Part shown: piece by piece, positions 1 to 10,476 of the stretch
Layout of the letters: each line of letters starts with the position of its first letter
How positions within the stretch are numbered: position 1 is the stretch's first letter
Source of the DNA: a bacterium
GTDB lineage: Bacteria > Electryoneota > Electryoneia > Electryoneales > Electryoneaceae
Reading direction: 5' to 3'
NCBI GenBank assembly: GCA_963675295.2
Contig: CAXXKJ010000001.1
Coordinates: 210,430-274,429, forward strand
DNA length: 64,000 bases
The notes under the pieces: generated by a model
Seen by the model: the letters and a program-made list of their open reading frames with translations, nothing else
What the model was told of the DNA's origin: nothing
Database searches by the model: none
Position numbers and translations under genes: made by a program

Positions 1-1759
1 AGATTTCGCCTTGCAAGTGGTAGTAGCCGATTTCAACCGGCTGGCTTGGATCGGTGACATTGTAGACGGAGATTCCGACCCCGGTGAATCCGCAATAGAG
101 GATGCCGTCGGCGTACGCCAACCGGTCGGCGGTTCCGCTGGCATAAATATTCGCCAGCTCAACAGGCGTTGACGGATTGCTGATATCATAGATCGCAACG
201 CCGTGGCTATCCCTTGCAATGAACGCCATGTTGTCGCCAGTTGTCACATCATTAACGTGCCGATTGCTGTCCCGATTGCTTACAAACTCGGGGTCGTACG
301 GGTCGCTGATGTCCAGGATGAAAAACGCGTTATCAAGTCCCAGGAACGCCAGGTCGCCATCCACGCATACCGCCCTGGGATCGCCACCCAGGTTGGTGAA
401 CGAAGTGATTTCGTCAGGATCATCCGGATCGCTGACGTCGAGAATCATGAAGCGATGGGAGTACGAAGCATCGGCGAGATAGACGAGATCCCCGGCCACA
501 TCAATATCATAGGTATGGATCGGTGTGACCAGGTCACCACGTTCGACTGGCTGGGCAAGGTCGCTGATGTCAACGACACACATTCCTCCCTGCCAGTCTG
601 ATGCATAAATGAACTCCCCGGATGCGGTCAACCGGTTCAGCTCCTCAAGCGGGTCGCAGAAGCCCACGTCATACGGATGAAGCGGATCCGAGATGTTTAC
701 AGTGCGTAAACCGTACTCACCCTGTGCGACAAAGGCGTAACCGTTGTGCAGAATGACGTCCCGAACGTCATCCGTTGTCCGGAACCAGCCCAGTTGCTCA
801 GGCTGAGAAGGATCACCAATGTCCACAGTGCAGAGCTGTGAATTGCCCACAGCCACACAGGCGACATTTCCATCGAGGGCGACACCCTCGGCTGAACCGG
901 GCAGGTCGTGCTCTGCCAGGTATTGTGGCTGTGTCGGCTGGCTCAGATCGTATACGATCAATCCCGACACGCGGCAGGCGACAAACGCGGTCGTACCCTG
1001 CACGGCAACATCGACAGCGTTATTTGGAGTGTCGGTTGACCCGATCACGGTAGGATGCATCGGCTCTGCCACACGAACAACCCGCACCCCCCGGTAATTC
1101 ACAGCGACACAGGCGTAACCATTGGAAACGGCGATTGCCTTTGGCAGCCCGCCAACGTAACAAGTACCCAGGCGAACCGGCTGGATCGGATTGCTGAGAT
1201 CAACGACAGCGAAATACACTGTCGCGTTGCCCACATACGCATATCCGCCGTCAATCGTGATGGTTGTCGCCCCTGACGGTACGTTCAGGGAACCCGCGAG
1301 GAAGGGGTGCTCAGGATCGCTCACATCAATGATTCGGATTCCCGCGCTGTATGCGGCAACGAAAGCATACTGATCGTATAACGCGACATCGTTCGCCACG
1401 TTAAGCACATTTTGTGTGCTGACTGGAAACGGGTGGTGGGGGTCGCTGATGTTGACGATGGTCAGACCGGCCGCACCATCTGCGACATACGCATACTCAC
1501 CGGAAACAGCCACCTTCAGCGCTGAACCCGATGTGGAGCATGAACCGGTTTCCAAGGAATTGACCGGATCGCTGACATCAAGTACACGCAGACCGGAGTA
1601 GTCTGCTGCAACATAGGCATAGCCTTCGGCTACAGCTACGTCATGAGCCGTACCCCAAGCGTCATAGAGCGAACCTGCCAGGCTCACATTGAGGCTGTCC
1701 TGGGCAAGGACGTGGAAACACAACGACAGGAAAAGAAGCAATACGTACGCGGCTTTCAT
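1..1759 (-). CDS. Secreted LVIVD-repeat beta-propeller protein, partial (3' end runs off the left edge)
   Basis: Absent from the ORF track because no stop falls in the window. Manual translation from ATG 1759 gives MKAAYVLLLFLSLCFHVLA-QDSLNVSLAGSLYDAWG...YAYVAADYSGLRVLDVSDP: a signal peptide plus LVIVD repeats. GGAG RBS upstream; N-terminus is paralogous to 6317..8842. Confidence 0.85.
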   Translation of the reverse strand, partial: MKAAYVLLLFLSLCFHVLAQDSLNVSLAGSLYDAWGTAHDVAVAEGYAYVAADYSGLRVLDVSDPVNSLETGSCSTSGSALKVAVSGEYAYVADGAAGLTIVNISDPHHPFPVSTQNVLNVANDVALYDQYAFVAAYSAGIRIIDVSDPEHPFLAGSLNVPSGATTITIDGGYAYVGNATVYFAVVDLSNPIQPVRLGTCYVGGLPKAIAVSNGYACVAVNYRGVRVVRVAEPMHPTVIGSTDTPNNAVDVAVQGTTAFVACRVSGLIVYDLSQPTQPQYLAEHDLPGSAEGVALDGNVACVAVGNSQLCTVDIGDPSQPEQLGWFRTTDDVRDVILHNGYAFVAQGEYGLRTVNISDPLHPYDVGFCDPLEELNRLTASGEFIYASDWQGGMCVVDISDLAQPVERGDLVTPIHTYDIDVAGDLVYLADASYSHRFMILDVSDPDDPDEITSFTNLGGDPRAVCVDGDLAFLGLDNAFFILDISDPYDPEFVSNRDSNRHVNDVTTGDNMAFIARDSHGVAIYDISNPSTPVELANIYASGTADRLAYADGILYCGFTGVGISVYNVTDPSQPVEIGYYHLQGEI

Positions 1760-1910
1760 TGGTCACTCCGGGTAAGATCCACAATCCTCGATTCAGTTTG
1801 TAGCCAGCTCAACCAACCTGAATACACCGTCTACTCATCACAAGATAAGTCTGGAATCGCGCAAGAAACCACCAGAGCCAATCCACGCACATCATCCATA
1901 TAGAAAACAA

Positions 1911-1936
1911 AACCCGGCGGATCAGGCCGCCGGGTT
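1911..1936 (-). terminator. Intrinsic terminator
   Basis: AACCCGGCGG-loop-CCGCCGGGTT stem followed by a T-rich tail on the minus strand, just after the 1966 stop. Confidence 0.7.
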
Positions 1937-1965
1937 GGTAAACTCTGCTCATTTTCAAACGGGTG

Positions 1966-3795
1966 CTAGCGGACCAGCATCGCCTTCTGTACCGCACTCA
2001 TACGTCCCGGCACCGTCGCGCGCACGAAATACAGCCCGCTGGCGAGGTGGGATGCGTCGAACGTCAGCTCGTGCGACCCAGCCTCGAACGACCCCTCAGC
2101 CAGCTTAGCCACCTGCTGCCCGGCGACGTTGTACACCACCACCGACAGCTCGGACATCTCCGGCAGGGTGACCGACAACGTTGTCGCGGCGTTGAACGGA
2201 TTCGGCCATGCCGCACTCAGAGTGAACTCACGCGCCAACGCGGATTCGGTCCCGTCAGATGCCAACGCGTCGTTCAGCAACTGCGGGGCATTGTCCGCAT
2301 CCCACGTCCATACATCGCCCGCAAGCTCCTGCCCGATCTTGCTGAAGCCGAAGACATCGGTCAGACGCCGGCCGCCCATGGTTCCAACATTCGAGATCAG
2401 TGCGTACTCACCCCCGGGAGCGATGGAGGGCACTGGCTGTCCCAGACCGGGAACCGTAATGTCCGTGTTCGCTGGCATGCTGAAGCTGTAGGAATGCGTC
2501 GGACCATACAAGTCGCCGTCCGGCAGCTGAACCATCGTCCACCACGTCACCATTCGTGGGGACATCGTGCCGTTCACCAGGCGTAGGCTGTACTCCAGCA
2601 TGCCGCCGAACCCGGGGATGATCGTACTGGAGGTCGGCGTGATGGTGACACCGATCTCGGACGGTTGTTCCCACCATTTGACATAGCCGTCATCGTGCGC
2701 GGTGCTGCAGATATCCAGCAGCCCGTCGCCGTTGAAATCGCCGGTAGCGACCCCCCATGGTTCGTCAAAACCGGCAGCAGCACGGTGCATCACCCAGACA
2801 CTCGCGTCACCGTTGACGTTCTCCCAGTACGCGATACAGTCCATGCCCGCCATCGCGCAAAGCACGTCCAGATCGCCATCGTCATCCATGTCAGAGGCGA
2901 CCACATCATGCGGCGAAGGGAAATACCCTCCCTCGTAGATGATGAATTCGTGCGTGGTGAAACTGCCATCGTCGTTCTGCTGCCACCAGAACACCGTGTC
3001 GTGGTAGTAGGACACCCCAAGGATGTCGATGTCGCCATCACCATCGAGGTCGGCTGCGTCCAGGCCCCAGCAGCCGCCGTCACCGGTGTGCAGCTCGTGA
3101 CGGGTCCACGTCAAGCCGAGCCCGTCCTCATTCGACCACCAGGCGAAGATGCCGTCCAGGCCGTACGAGTCGCCGATCAGGTCGGTGTCGCCGTCGCCAT
3201 CCACATCGGTCGCGAGTACGAAGTTGGCGTTGATAAAATCCTCATCCACCGAGTGCTCGACCCACGTCGTGGCGTTGTCCTGATTCTCAAACCAGATCAC
3301 GCGCCCTGCCTCAAGCGGGCGATGCATCACTGCGACATCGATGTCGCCGTCGCCGTCCATGTCCGCCGCCGAGGTACCCGGTGTGAATGGCATCCCAAGA
3401 GAGATATCGTGCCAGACCCAGTTCGTGCCGGATCCGTCCGGATTCTCCCACCAGTACACATGGCCGGCGTGCTTCGCGCCGATCATATCGATGTCGCCGT
3501 CGTTGTCCATGTCGACGGGATCCATCGAGGATAGCTCATTGCTGATGGTGTGCCTAACCCACGTGCCCCCCGCACCATCCTCATTTGACCACCAGTGTGT
3601 TCCCCCGATGAAAGCGGCGTAACCGAACATGTCCATGGCGCCGTCACCGTTGATGTCAGCGGTCTTCACCCACGGCAACCCGCCGTTGTAGTCTTCACCC
3701 GTTCCGTCCACAGGGTGGAATTCCCACGCGAGCTGCGCCTGTGCGAACGACGCTGTCAATACGAGCAGAAATACGACCGCAATCCATTTCTTCAT
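1966..3795 (-). CDS. Secreted FG-GAP/VCBS-repeat protein with pre-CTD module and T9SS-type CTD
   Basis: Signal peptide; many DxDGDGDxD repeats; C-terminal AWPNPFNA...LASGLYFVRA...KAMLVR. Confidence 0.88.
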   Translation of the reverse strand: MKKWIAVVFLLVLTASFAQAQLAWEFHPVDGTGEDYNGGLPWVKTADINGDGAMDMFGYAAFIGGTHWWSNEDGAGGTWVRHTISNELSSMDPVDMDNDGDIDMIGAKHAGHVYWWENPDGSGTNWVWHDISLGMPFTPGTSAADMDGDGDIDVAVMHRPLEAGRVIWFENQDNATTWVEHSVDEDFINANFVLATDVDGDGDTDLIGDSYGLDGIFAWWSNEDGLGLTWTRHELHTGDGGCWGLDAADLDGDGDIDILGVSYYHDTVFWWQQNDDGSFTTHEFIIYEGGYFPSPHDVVASDMDDDGDLDVLCAMAGMDCIAYWENVNGDASVWVMHRAAAGFDEPWGVATGDFNGDGLLDICSTAHDDGYVKWWEQPSEIGVTITPTSSTIIPGFGGMLEYSLRLVNGTMSPRMVTWWTMVQLPDGDLYGPTHSYSFSMPANTDITVPGLGQPVPSIAPGGEYALISNVGTMGGRRLTDVFGFSKIGQELAGDVWTWDADNAPQLLNDALASDGTESALAREFTLSAAWPNPFNAATTLSVTLPEMSELSVVVYNVAGQQVAKLAEGSFEAGSHELTFDASHLASGLYFVRATVPGRMSAVQKAMLVR

Positions 3796-3996
3796 GATCC
3801 CCTCTCCCCAAATTAGTGTGCATACGGCTTGGGCTAAAATACGGCGGTGACAACAGAAAAAGGAAGCTGACCGACAGTTATTTCATGTTTATTCCGGCAG
3901 ATCGCTCTCCATCAGCCTGACGATCCACCGTACCGTGTCCAACCCGCGGACCAAACTGGATGACACCTGCGAGGGTCGCTCGAACAACAACAAAAA

Positions 3997-4022
3997 CGGG
4001 AACGGATTATTCTCCGTTCCCG
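3997..4022 (-). terminator. Intrinsic terminator
   Basis: CGGGAACGGA-loop-TCCGTTCCCG followed by TTTTTG on the minus strand, downstream of 4047. Confidence 0.7.
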
Positions 4023-4046
4023 ACATGAATGACTTCCCAGGACACG

Positions 4047-4661
4047 TTAGACAAATTCCAACTCGGGCTCGGTTCGGCCACTCTGAATCAGGATCATCGC
4101 CTGCAGGACTTCGCCCGCCAGCAAGACCAGCCCGCCGATTGGCGCGAGGAAAAAGGTCAGCATCAGCGCAGACCCGATGATCTGGGTGTAGGCCAGTGGT
4201 CGCAGGTAGCCAAACAGGGATTCCTTCAGCCGCATCAACCGAACACCGAAGATGATGCCGAAGATGCTCATTGGAATACCGACCGATGCCATCGCAATCA
4301 GTCCTGGTAAAATGACTGACAGTGCCTCCGCTCGACTCAGGTTGTCGTCCACGCTGAAGCCGATCACCGTGCGGAATACCGAGCCGATTACACTGATGAG
4401 GATGTTGCAGATAATCAGAAGGATGATCAACGTATCCACTTCGTGAAACTCGAAGCGATTGTTGAGCAGCCGCTTGAACCAGAGGAACCCGTAAACCGAA
4501 CAGCCGACTTGCACGATTGTGATGAAAAGCGTGATCGGGTTAAGAATGCTGAACGAATATCCCATCAGCGACATGATCACGCCAAGCACGCCGCCAATAA
4601 TCATAAGTGACGCCGAGGCAACGGTCACCCAACCCGCGACTTCGTAACGTTCTTCCTGCAT
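4047..4661 (-). CDS. Hypothetical integral membrane protein (~5-6 TM)
   Basis: 204-aa hydrophobic ORF with a GGGAG RBS. Confidence 0.75.
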   Translation of the reverse strand: MQEERYEVAGWVTVASASLMIIGGVLGVIMSLMGYSFSILNPITLFITIVQVGCSVYGFLWFKRLLNNRFEFHEVDTLIILLIICNILISVIGSVFRTVIGFSVDDNLSRAEALSVILPGLIAMASVGIPMSIFGIIFGVRLMRLKESLFGYLRPLAYTQIIGSALMLTFFLAPIGGLVLLAGEVLQAMILIQSGRTEPELEFV

Positions 4662-4715
4662 GGTTCATCTCCCTTGAGCACATCCCGACTGGAAGATTCA
4701 AGCAACTCGTCACAA

Positions 4716-4928
4716 CTACCTGAAGTTGCAGAAGATCAAAACCAGATTCTCGAGATCGAACACGTCCCCGGATACGGTGTCGAGGAGAAACAGAACTGTG
4801 ATGATCGTCAGTATCACCAGCGCAATCGTCCGGCTCCACTCATGTTCCCTGCCTGACTCTTCCATCTCTTCATCTCCCCGGCATCCGGGATCAAGATCCC
4901 ATCCCGTTGCCAGTCGTTCATCAGACAT
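4716..4928 (-). CDS. Possible small single-TM protein overlapping the end of the HTH gene
   Basis: ATG overlaps the HTH 3' end; one hydrophobic stretch (IALVILTIITVLFLL); start uncertain. Confidence 0.35.
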   Translation of the reverse strand: MSDERLATGWDLDPGCRGDEEMEESGREHEWSRTIALVILTIITVLFLLDTVSGDVFDLENLVLIFCNFR

Positions 4929-5133
4929 AATCCGGTTCATGGACCAGAATGTCACCCGGCTGGCAATCGAGTTCCACACAAATCGCCTCCAACGTGCTGA
5001 AACGGATGCCTTTGACACGACCCGTTTTCAGCAACGACAGATTCGTCACCGAAATACCGATCTTCTCGGACAATTCGGTCAGCTTCATCTTGCGCCTGGC
5101 AAGCATCACGTCGAGTGTCACTGTTATCGCCAT
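4921..5133 (-). CDS. Cro/C1-type (YozG-like) helix-turn-helix transcriptional regulator
   Basis: MAITVTLDVMLARRKMKLTELSEKIGIS...NLSLLKTGRVKGIRFSTLEAIC..LDCQPGDIL is the typical family signature. Confidence 0.92.
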   Translation of the reverse strand: MAITVTLDVMLARRKMKLTELSEKIGISVTNLSLLKTGRVKGIRFSTLEAICVELDCQPGDILVHEPDYV

Positions 5134-5139
5134 GGTGTG

Positions 5140-5194
5140 ATATTACATAAAGGATCTTATGAGAGTCAAGGATTTTTTTATGTAAAACATAAAA
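5140..5194 (-). promoter_or_regulatory. Sigma70-type promoter and palindromic operator of the HTH gene
   Basis: Minus strand TTGACT(5169-5164)-N18-TAATAT(5145-5140), 6 nt before the ATG; palindrome TTTTATGT-AAA-ACATAAAA at 5176-5194. Confidence 0.6.
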
Positions 5195-5252
5195 TAGCTC
5201 CGCAGAGAGACTCCGAGGACGGGCAGGTTTTTCAGATTCAACTCAGGAGAAA

Positions 5253-6176
5253 TCAGTCCTGGCCCGGCAACGCGCTGACCGGCACCGCGAGCGTGGCCCG
5301 GACAAACAGTGACGGGTCCAGTTCGTTGTCGCTGAAGAGGTCTTCGTTGCGATCATAAACCTTGTACATCCGCAGTCCGGCTGCCATGCCGCCGCTGAGA
5401 CGAAGGCGCAGGTAGGATCCCAGAGCAACCTCGACCTTCGGACCGGCGGTCATCTGGGCGTACTCGATGTTGAAGCCTTCGTTCAACGAACGGCTGAGCC
5501 AGTAGTTGTAGCCGTCCAGTTCGACCGCCAGCCCGGCGCTGAACGTTTCGCTGAACTGCCACATCCACTCGGCGTTCGACGGCAGCATCAGCATTACGTG
5601 CCACTGGGATGCCTTGTACGTATACCCCAGCATCGGGAGCAACATCGGACGCCCGAGCTGCGAGGAATATCGCGCGCCGAAGGTAACGTCGGAATGGCCG
5701 GACAGCATGCGCACCGCGAACACACCGCCTTGCACCTGGAAGGAATTCTTGTCCACGCCGTTGTACGCGTCGGTATAAAACCCAGGGCTGACAACTGCGA
5801 GCCCGATCCAGTCGGAGCTGAACTGGTGACGGATCAGCATCCGGTATGCACCGCCGGCAAGGCCTTCGCCGATATCGTCCGCATACTGCAGTTGGCCGGG
5901 GGAGGGATCATTCTGGTACGACAGGTCCATGTACTGCCCGCTGAGGCCGTGCAGGATCCGCCAGTCGTTGCCGAGGTCCGTCTGCCAGAACCACGCCTCG
6001 AAATCATAGCGCATCACGTCCACTTCCAGCTCCGGCGCGCCGGAGACCGGCTCCGCCAGCGTCGCCGGGGCGAAATACGACGTCGAGAACGCCACCAGGT
6101 CCTGGGCTTGGCTAGAGTGCGCGTGGAAGACCAGCACACAACAAATCGCCAGCAGCAGAGAGAGTCGCTTTGTCAT
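5253..6176 (-). CDS. Outer-membrane beta-barrel protein (DUF6268-like)
   Basis: Signal peptide; alternating amphipathic strands; 'FGARYSSQLGRPMLLPMLGYTY' motif. Confidence 0.65.
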   Translation of the reverse strand: MTKRLSLLLAICCVLVFHAHSSQAQDLVAFSTSYFAPATLAEPVSGAPELEVDVMRYDFEAWFWQTDLGNDWRILHGLSGQYMDLSYQNDPSPGQLQYADDIGEGLAGGAYRMLIRHQFSSDWIGLAVVSPGFYTDAYNGVDKNSFQVQGGVFAVRMLSGHSDVTFGARYSSQLGRPMLLPMLGYTYKASQWHVMLMLPSNAEWMWQFSETFSAGLAVELDGYNYWLSRSLNEGFNIEYAQMTAGPKVEVALGSYLRLRLSGGMAAGLRMYKVYDRNEDLFSDNELDPSLFVRATLAVPVSALPGQD

Positions 6177-6212
6177 GCAGCCTCAAGGGGATTGGGATTG
6201 ATGGAACCAGAA

Positions 6213-6244
6213 ACGGGAGCAGCAACATAATGCACTGCTCCCGT
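6213..6244. terminator. Stem-loop, likely terminator of the 6317..8842 gene
   Basis: ACGGGAGCAG...CTGCTCCCGT inverted repeat. Confidence 0.55.
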
Positions 6245-6316
6245 TGAATAAACCCATTTCATGCTGGTGAGGTGGATTTGAATACGATCCGGATCCCCAC
6301 TAACGGCAACCGCCGC

Positions 6317-8842
6317 TTATCGGACCAGCATCATCTTCTGCGCCTGATTCAGCAGGCCCGGCACGGTCGCGCGCACGATGTACAGCCCGCTGGCGAGCGA
6401 AGACGCGTCGAGGGTGAACTCGTGCTGCCCGGCGGTGTACGATCCATGCGCCAGTTCCGCGACCCGTTGCCCGGCGACGTTGTACACGATCACATTCAAC
6501 TCAGACGCCGCCGGCAAACTCACTGTTACCGTCGTCGTGGCGTTGAACGGGTTCGGCCAGGCGGGGTTCAGCGCATACTTAACGGGCAGGTCCGTGCCTG
6601 CGGTTGCCGCCGCTACCGTTCCACCAGGCAGCTCAAGCCCCCAACTCGCCCAGTCCACTCTACGTGTGGGTCCCGAGGCCGGAACCACCTCAAACTCGAA
6701 AACGTCCTTGCCGATCGCGGTACCCGGGTGGCTTCCCGCCTTCATCCGGAAGGTGTAGCGGCCGAGCGGCGCATCGGCGGGGACGATCTGCACAATGTCC
6801 GTCTCCTCGATCACCATAGACGGCGTAAATTCAACGTCCCGGATCAGCCAGATCGGCGACACGAGATACCCGCTTGGCGTGTAAACATCCGCCCAGACAT
6901 CGACCAATTGAGTGCTCTGCAAGTTGCTGGACAACAGCGCGTCATAGGTGAACCATCCACCTTGCGGCACGGTCAATGGGTAATCTGCGATCAACGTGAT
7001 ATCGATCAGCTTGTTCGTCGCCTGACGGCAATCCAGCACGAGAAACTTGTCCCGGTCGGCGACGCAGACATAGTCCTCGTCCTCAGAACTGACCTGGTAC
7101 GCTCGGTCGGGTGTGTCATAGTAGCCGGTGAACAGGGGACGCGCGGGATCGGTGATGTCGAAGACTGCCACACCCCAGACATGACAGGCGAGGAACGCCG
7201 TATGTCCGACCAAGCTTATGTCCAGGGCATTAAGAGTTCGTCCGTCATAGGCGACTTCAAATGGTGCGGACGGATCGCTGACATCCAACACACGCAAACC
7301 GCCGTGAGCGAGCAGGAGGTAGTGGTCAACTTGCGCCATATCCGAAACATGATAGAGGTTGCCCATGAAGTGACCGATCAATTGTGGATTGGAAAGATCG
7401 CTGATATCGTATATCCGGAGGCCTTCCTCGCGCAGCGTGAAGTATGCGAGGTCGCCATCAATGCAGATGCTGTCGAGCAATGGCCCATCCTCAAGGAAAG
7501 TTGAGATGAGCTGCGGATTTGTCGGATTCGTTACATCCAACACGAAGACAATGGGGCCGATGGTAGCTCCCAGAAACGCTGTCCCATCAGCGATATGGAC
7601 CAGGTACACCTCTGCGGGCAAATCGACATTTGCAGCAACCTGCGGATTCGTCGGATCGTTGATATCGACGACTAACAGGCCGTATTCACGACAAGGGGCA
7701 TACAGATAGTTTCCATCAACGACAAACTGCTGCGGTTCCGGCAGATCCAAGTGACCAGTCTCGACAGGATTTCCCGGGTCGCTCACATCAACGACAAACA
7801 TCCCCGCGTCTCTCGTTCCGACATACGCATACCCATCGGATTGAACAACAGCCTGGATATCATCAACCGCTCGGAACTGATTCACCTCGGTCGGTGCTGA
7901 CGGTGTCGACACATCAAGGATCCGCATCCCCTCAAAGTTGTTGGCGAGAAATGCATAATTTCCAACGACAGAGATGTTCTTTGTGCGTACACCTGGATCG
8001 ATCACGCTGACGTACACCGGTACCTCCTGATCGCTCAGGTCTACGATCACCATACCGTCGCCCTCGCAGGACAGGAAAGCATACTGTCCGGCGAGTTCGA
8101 TCTTCTCCGGATCTTCCTGCATGCTGAGAACATGTACTTCAACAGGATTCGTTGGATCGCTGATGTCAAATGTTCGCAGGCCATGGTTGTCGCAGGTGAT
8201 ATACAGGTAGTCCCCGGAAACCGCGACACCGTACGCATCGTACATCACGACCTGCGCGACCGGCTGCGCGTTCAACGGATCGCTGATGTCAACCACGATC
8301 AACCCCTCGTCATCACCGGCGACATACAGATAATCCCCATCAACGGTCAGATCTTCGATTCCGTAGACCAGGTTTATCGTGTTCACATTCGCCGGGTTGG
8401 AGGGATCACTGATATCAAACACCTCGATCTGACTTGCAAAATGCTCGGCGACGAAGAGGTAGTTGTCCTGGACAGCAACAGCAGTGACACTGAGAACGTC
8501 ACACGTAGAGACAAGTTCCGGGTTCAACGGGTCCGCAATGTCCACGATGTGAGCCTGGTAGTCGCCCATCACGATGTACTGCCCGAAACGGGTGAGGCAG
8601 GCACCGTCAAATCCCGGCGGACTGACGGAACTCACTTCCACCGGATGGTTTACATCGCTGATATCCACGATGTGCAACCCGCCCGCAAGGACATAGGCGT
8701 ACGATCCGTCAACCATGATGTCCACGGCCATCTCCCAATGGAGATCGTACAAGGAACCGGCGATAGAAACGTTCAGGCTATCCTGGGCAAACACGGGAAG
8801 GCACAGCAGCAGCGCGGCGAAGATGACGAGCAGGTGTTTCAT
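6317..8842 (-). CDS. Secreted LVIVD-repeat protein with pre-CTD module and T9SS-type CTD
   Basis: Likely start MKHLLVIFAALLLCLPVFA-QDSLNVS at 8842 (GAGG RBS); many GL-x-IVDISDP repeats; AWPNPFNA...LASGLY CTD. Confidence 0.88.
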   Translation of the reverse strand: MKHLLVIFAALLLCLPVFAQDSLNVSIAGSLYDLHWEMAVDIMVDGSYAYVLAGGLHIVDISDVNHPVEVSSVSPPGFDGACLTRFGQYIVMGDYQAHIVDIADPLNPELVSTCDVLSVTAVAVQDNYLFVAEHFASQIEVFDISDPSNPANVNTINLVYGIEDLTVDGDYLYVAGDDEGLIVVDISDPLNAQPVAQVVMYDAYGVAVSGDYLYITCDNHGLRTFDISDPTNPVEVHVLSMQEDPEKIELAGQYAFLSCEGDGMVIVDLSDQEVPVYVSVIDPGVRTKNISVVGNYAFLANNFEGMRILDVSTPSAPTEVNQFRAVDDIQAVVQSDGYAYVGTRDAGMFVVDVSDPGNPVETGHLDLPEPQQFVVDGNYLYAPCREYGLLVVDINDPTNPQVAANVDLPAEVYLVHIADGTAFLGATIGPIVFVLDVTNPTNPQLISTFLEDGPLLDSICIDGDLAYFTLREEGLRIYDISDLSNPQLIGHFMGNLYHVSDMAQVDHYLLLAHGGLRVLDVSDPSAPFEVAYDGRTLNALDISLVGHTAFLACHVWGVAVFDITDPARPLFTGYYDTPDRAYQVSSEDEDYVCVADRDKFLVLDCRQATNKLIDITLIADYPLTVPQGGWFTYDALLSSNLQSTQLVDVWADVYTPSGYLVSPIWLIRDVEFTPSMVIEETDIVQIVPADAPLGRYTFRMKAGSHPGTAIGKDVFEFEVVPASGPTRRVDWASWGLELPGGTVAAATAGTDLPVKYALNPAWPNPFNATTTVTVSLPAASELNVIVYNVAGQRVAELAHGSYTAGQHEFTLDASSLASGLYIVRATVPGLLNQAQKMMLVR

Positions 8843-9074
8843 AGGGCACCTCAATAAGTGAGCATGTAGCCTAAGTTTGAGAAATAGGTCATGCGATAAA
8901 GTACAATCCGATGTAGTCTCATTCAATGATCTGACGGTCTGGTTCACACTTTTTTCCGTGTCCGGCTCGTCACGCCGTACAGAGGGAACGTGCACACCAG
9001 CCCTACCGTTCAATACACATCTTCCGTATCTTCGAAGCGATTGCACCCGCCTACAATACGCCGGGGGAGACCGC

Positions 9075-9860
9075 GTGGAGCTGTTCCGCATCGGCTTTTT
9101 GAGTGTCGGCCTTATCGACATCGTCGACATCGCTTTGGTCGCGTACATCTTTTACAAGCTGTACTCGGTCATGCGTGGCACTCGTGGTTCGCAGATGGTG
9201 ATTGGACTGCTGCTCTTGTTCATCGCCAGCCTGGTCGTCGGTGCGCTCGGCCTGAAAGCGACAACCTGGTTGGCGCAGTCGGTGGCGCAGGTGTGGGTGC
9301 TGGCTTTCGTCATCCTGTTCCAGCCGGAACTGCGGCGCCTGATGGTACAAATTGGCCAGACACGTCTTGTCCAACGCCTGCTACGCGTGCGAGGAACCAA
9401 GGCGATCGAGGAAATCGTCAAGTCGGCGGTGCAGCTTTCCGAGAAACGGTACGGCGGCCTGTTCGTGCTGCAACGCGACATCGGTCTGCGTGGGATCATC
9501 GAGACCGGCGTCAAGATGCAGAGCGAAGTCTCCAGCGAACTGCTGGTGTCGCTGTTCTTTCCACGCACGCCCCTGCATGATGGCGCGGTGGTCATCAGCG
9601 GCAACCTGATCGAGGCGGCCGCCTGCATCCTGCCGTTGAGCGAGAATCCGAACATCGACGCGTCCATCGGCACCCGGCACCGGGCGGCACTCGGTGTCTC
9701 CGAGGAGTCGGACGCCGCGGCGGTGGTCGTCAGCGAGGAAACCGGACAGATTTCCATCGCCTACCGGGGCGAATTTCTCGAGCGCGGCATCACCGGAGAT
9801 GAACTCCGCGATCACCTGAAGAAGATCTTCGAACGCGTCAGCCATAACCTGGCGGACTGA
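9075..9860 (+). CDS. cdaA: Diadenylate cyclase CdaA/DacA
   Basis: Three N-terminal TMs, FQPELRR, DAC motifs PLHDGA and GTRHRAA; GTG start after GGGGAG. Confidence 0.95.
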   Translation: MELFRIGFLSVGLIDIVDIALVAYIFYKLYSVMRGTRGSQMVIGLLLLFIASLVVGALGLKATTWLAQSVAQVWVLAFVILFQPELRRLMVQIGQTRLVQRLLRVRGTKAIEEIVKSAVQLSEKRYGGLFVLQRDIGLRGIIETGVKMQSEVSSELLVSLFFPRTPLHDGAVVISGNLIEAAACILPLSENPNIDASIGTRHRAALGVSEESDAAAVVVSEETGQISIAYRGEFLERGITGDELRDHLKKIFERVSHNLAD

Positions 9861-9880
9861 ACGCACTTGGACGACTGGCT

Positions 9881-9909
9881 ATGTGCCCCTGATGGCTTTG
9901 CCAGCAGGG
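9881..9909 (+). repeat. REP-like imperfect palindrome upstream of the RAYT
   Basis: ATGTGCCCCTGATGGC-TTT-GCCAGCAGGG is the reverse complement of the two downstream copies except in the loop. Confidence 0.85.
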
Positions 9910-9940
9910 CTTCGTTAGAGGATCTGAACTTGGAGGCGCT

Positions 9941-10474
9941 GTGCCTCGATATCGAATTGATGATCCTGCTGCCGCACACTATCTAACATTTTCATGTCAT
10001 CAACGGCGTTTAATGTTTTTGAATCCAATACTATGTAATTTGTTTCTAGAAAAACTACACGATGCAAGAAACAAGTTGAACTTTCAGTTGTTGGCTTATG
10101 TAATCATGCCTAATCATGTACATCTGCTCCTGTTTCCCGGTTCGATTCCCATGAAGGAAATACTATACCGCGTAAAGCAGCCGTTCAGCTATCATGCGGG
10201 TATGTATTTCAAGAAAAATAGGCCTGATCTTCACCGAGATCTCTGTGTGAAACGGGGTTCAAAATGGTCGTTCCGTTTCTGGCTGGCGGGAGGTGGATTC
10301 GACAGGCTACTGTACACGAATGACGATATCCAGACACGAATTCGTTATACTCACCGTAATCCTCTCAGATGGGGGATAACGGAAGATCCGGAAATGTACC
10401 CGTGGTCTAGTTTCCACGCCTATTCCAATAAGGCCGGGAAACCCATTCCCATAGATCGTCCCGAGTGGATATAG
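9941..10474 (+). mobile_element. REP-associated tyrosine transposase (RAYT, HUH Y1 family)
   Basis: HYLTFSC, YVIMPNHVHLL (HUH), FW..GGGFDR, RYTHRNP (catalytic Tyr), YPWSS; AT-rich 5' half; flanked by REPs. Confidence 0.9.
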
Positions 10475-10476
10475 CG

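Noticed and set aside
203-1903. Short plus-strand ORFs in the ORF track
   Set aside because: They are mostly antisense shadows of the minus-strand LVIVD gene starting at 1759, which the track misses because it has no stop inside the window.
8843-9148. Apparent overlap of extended N-termini of the LVIVD gene and cdaA (similarly the 31709, 10514 and 57253 starts)
   Set aside because: Downstream starts with an RBS, a signal peptide or a family-typical N-terminus remove the overlaps.
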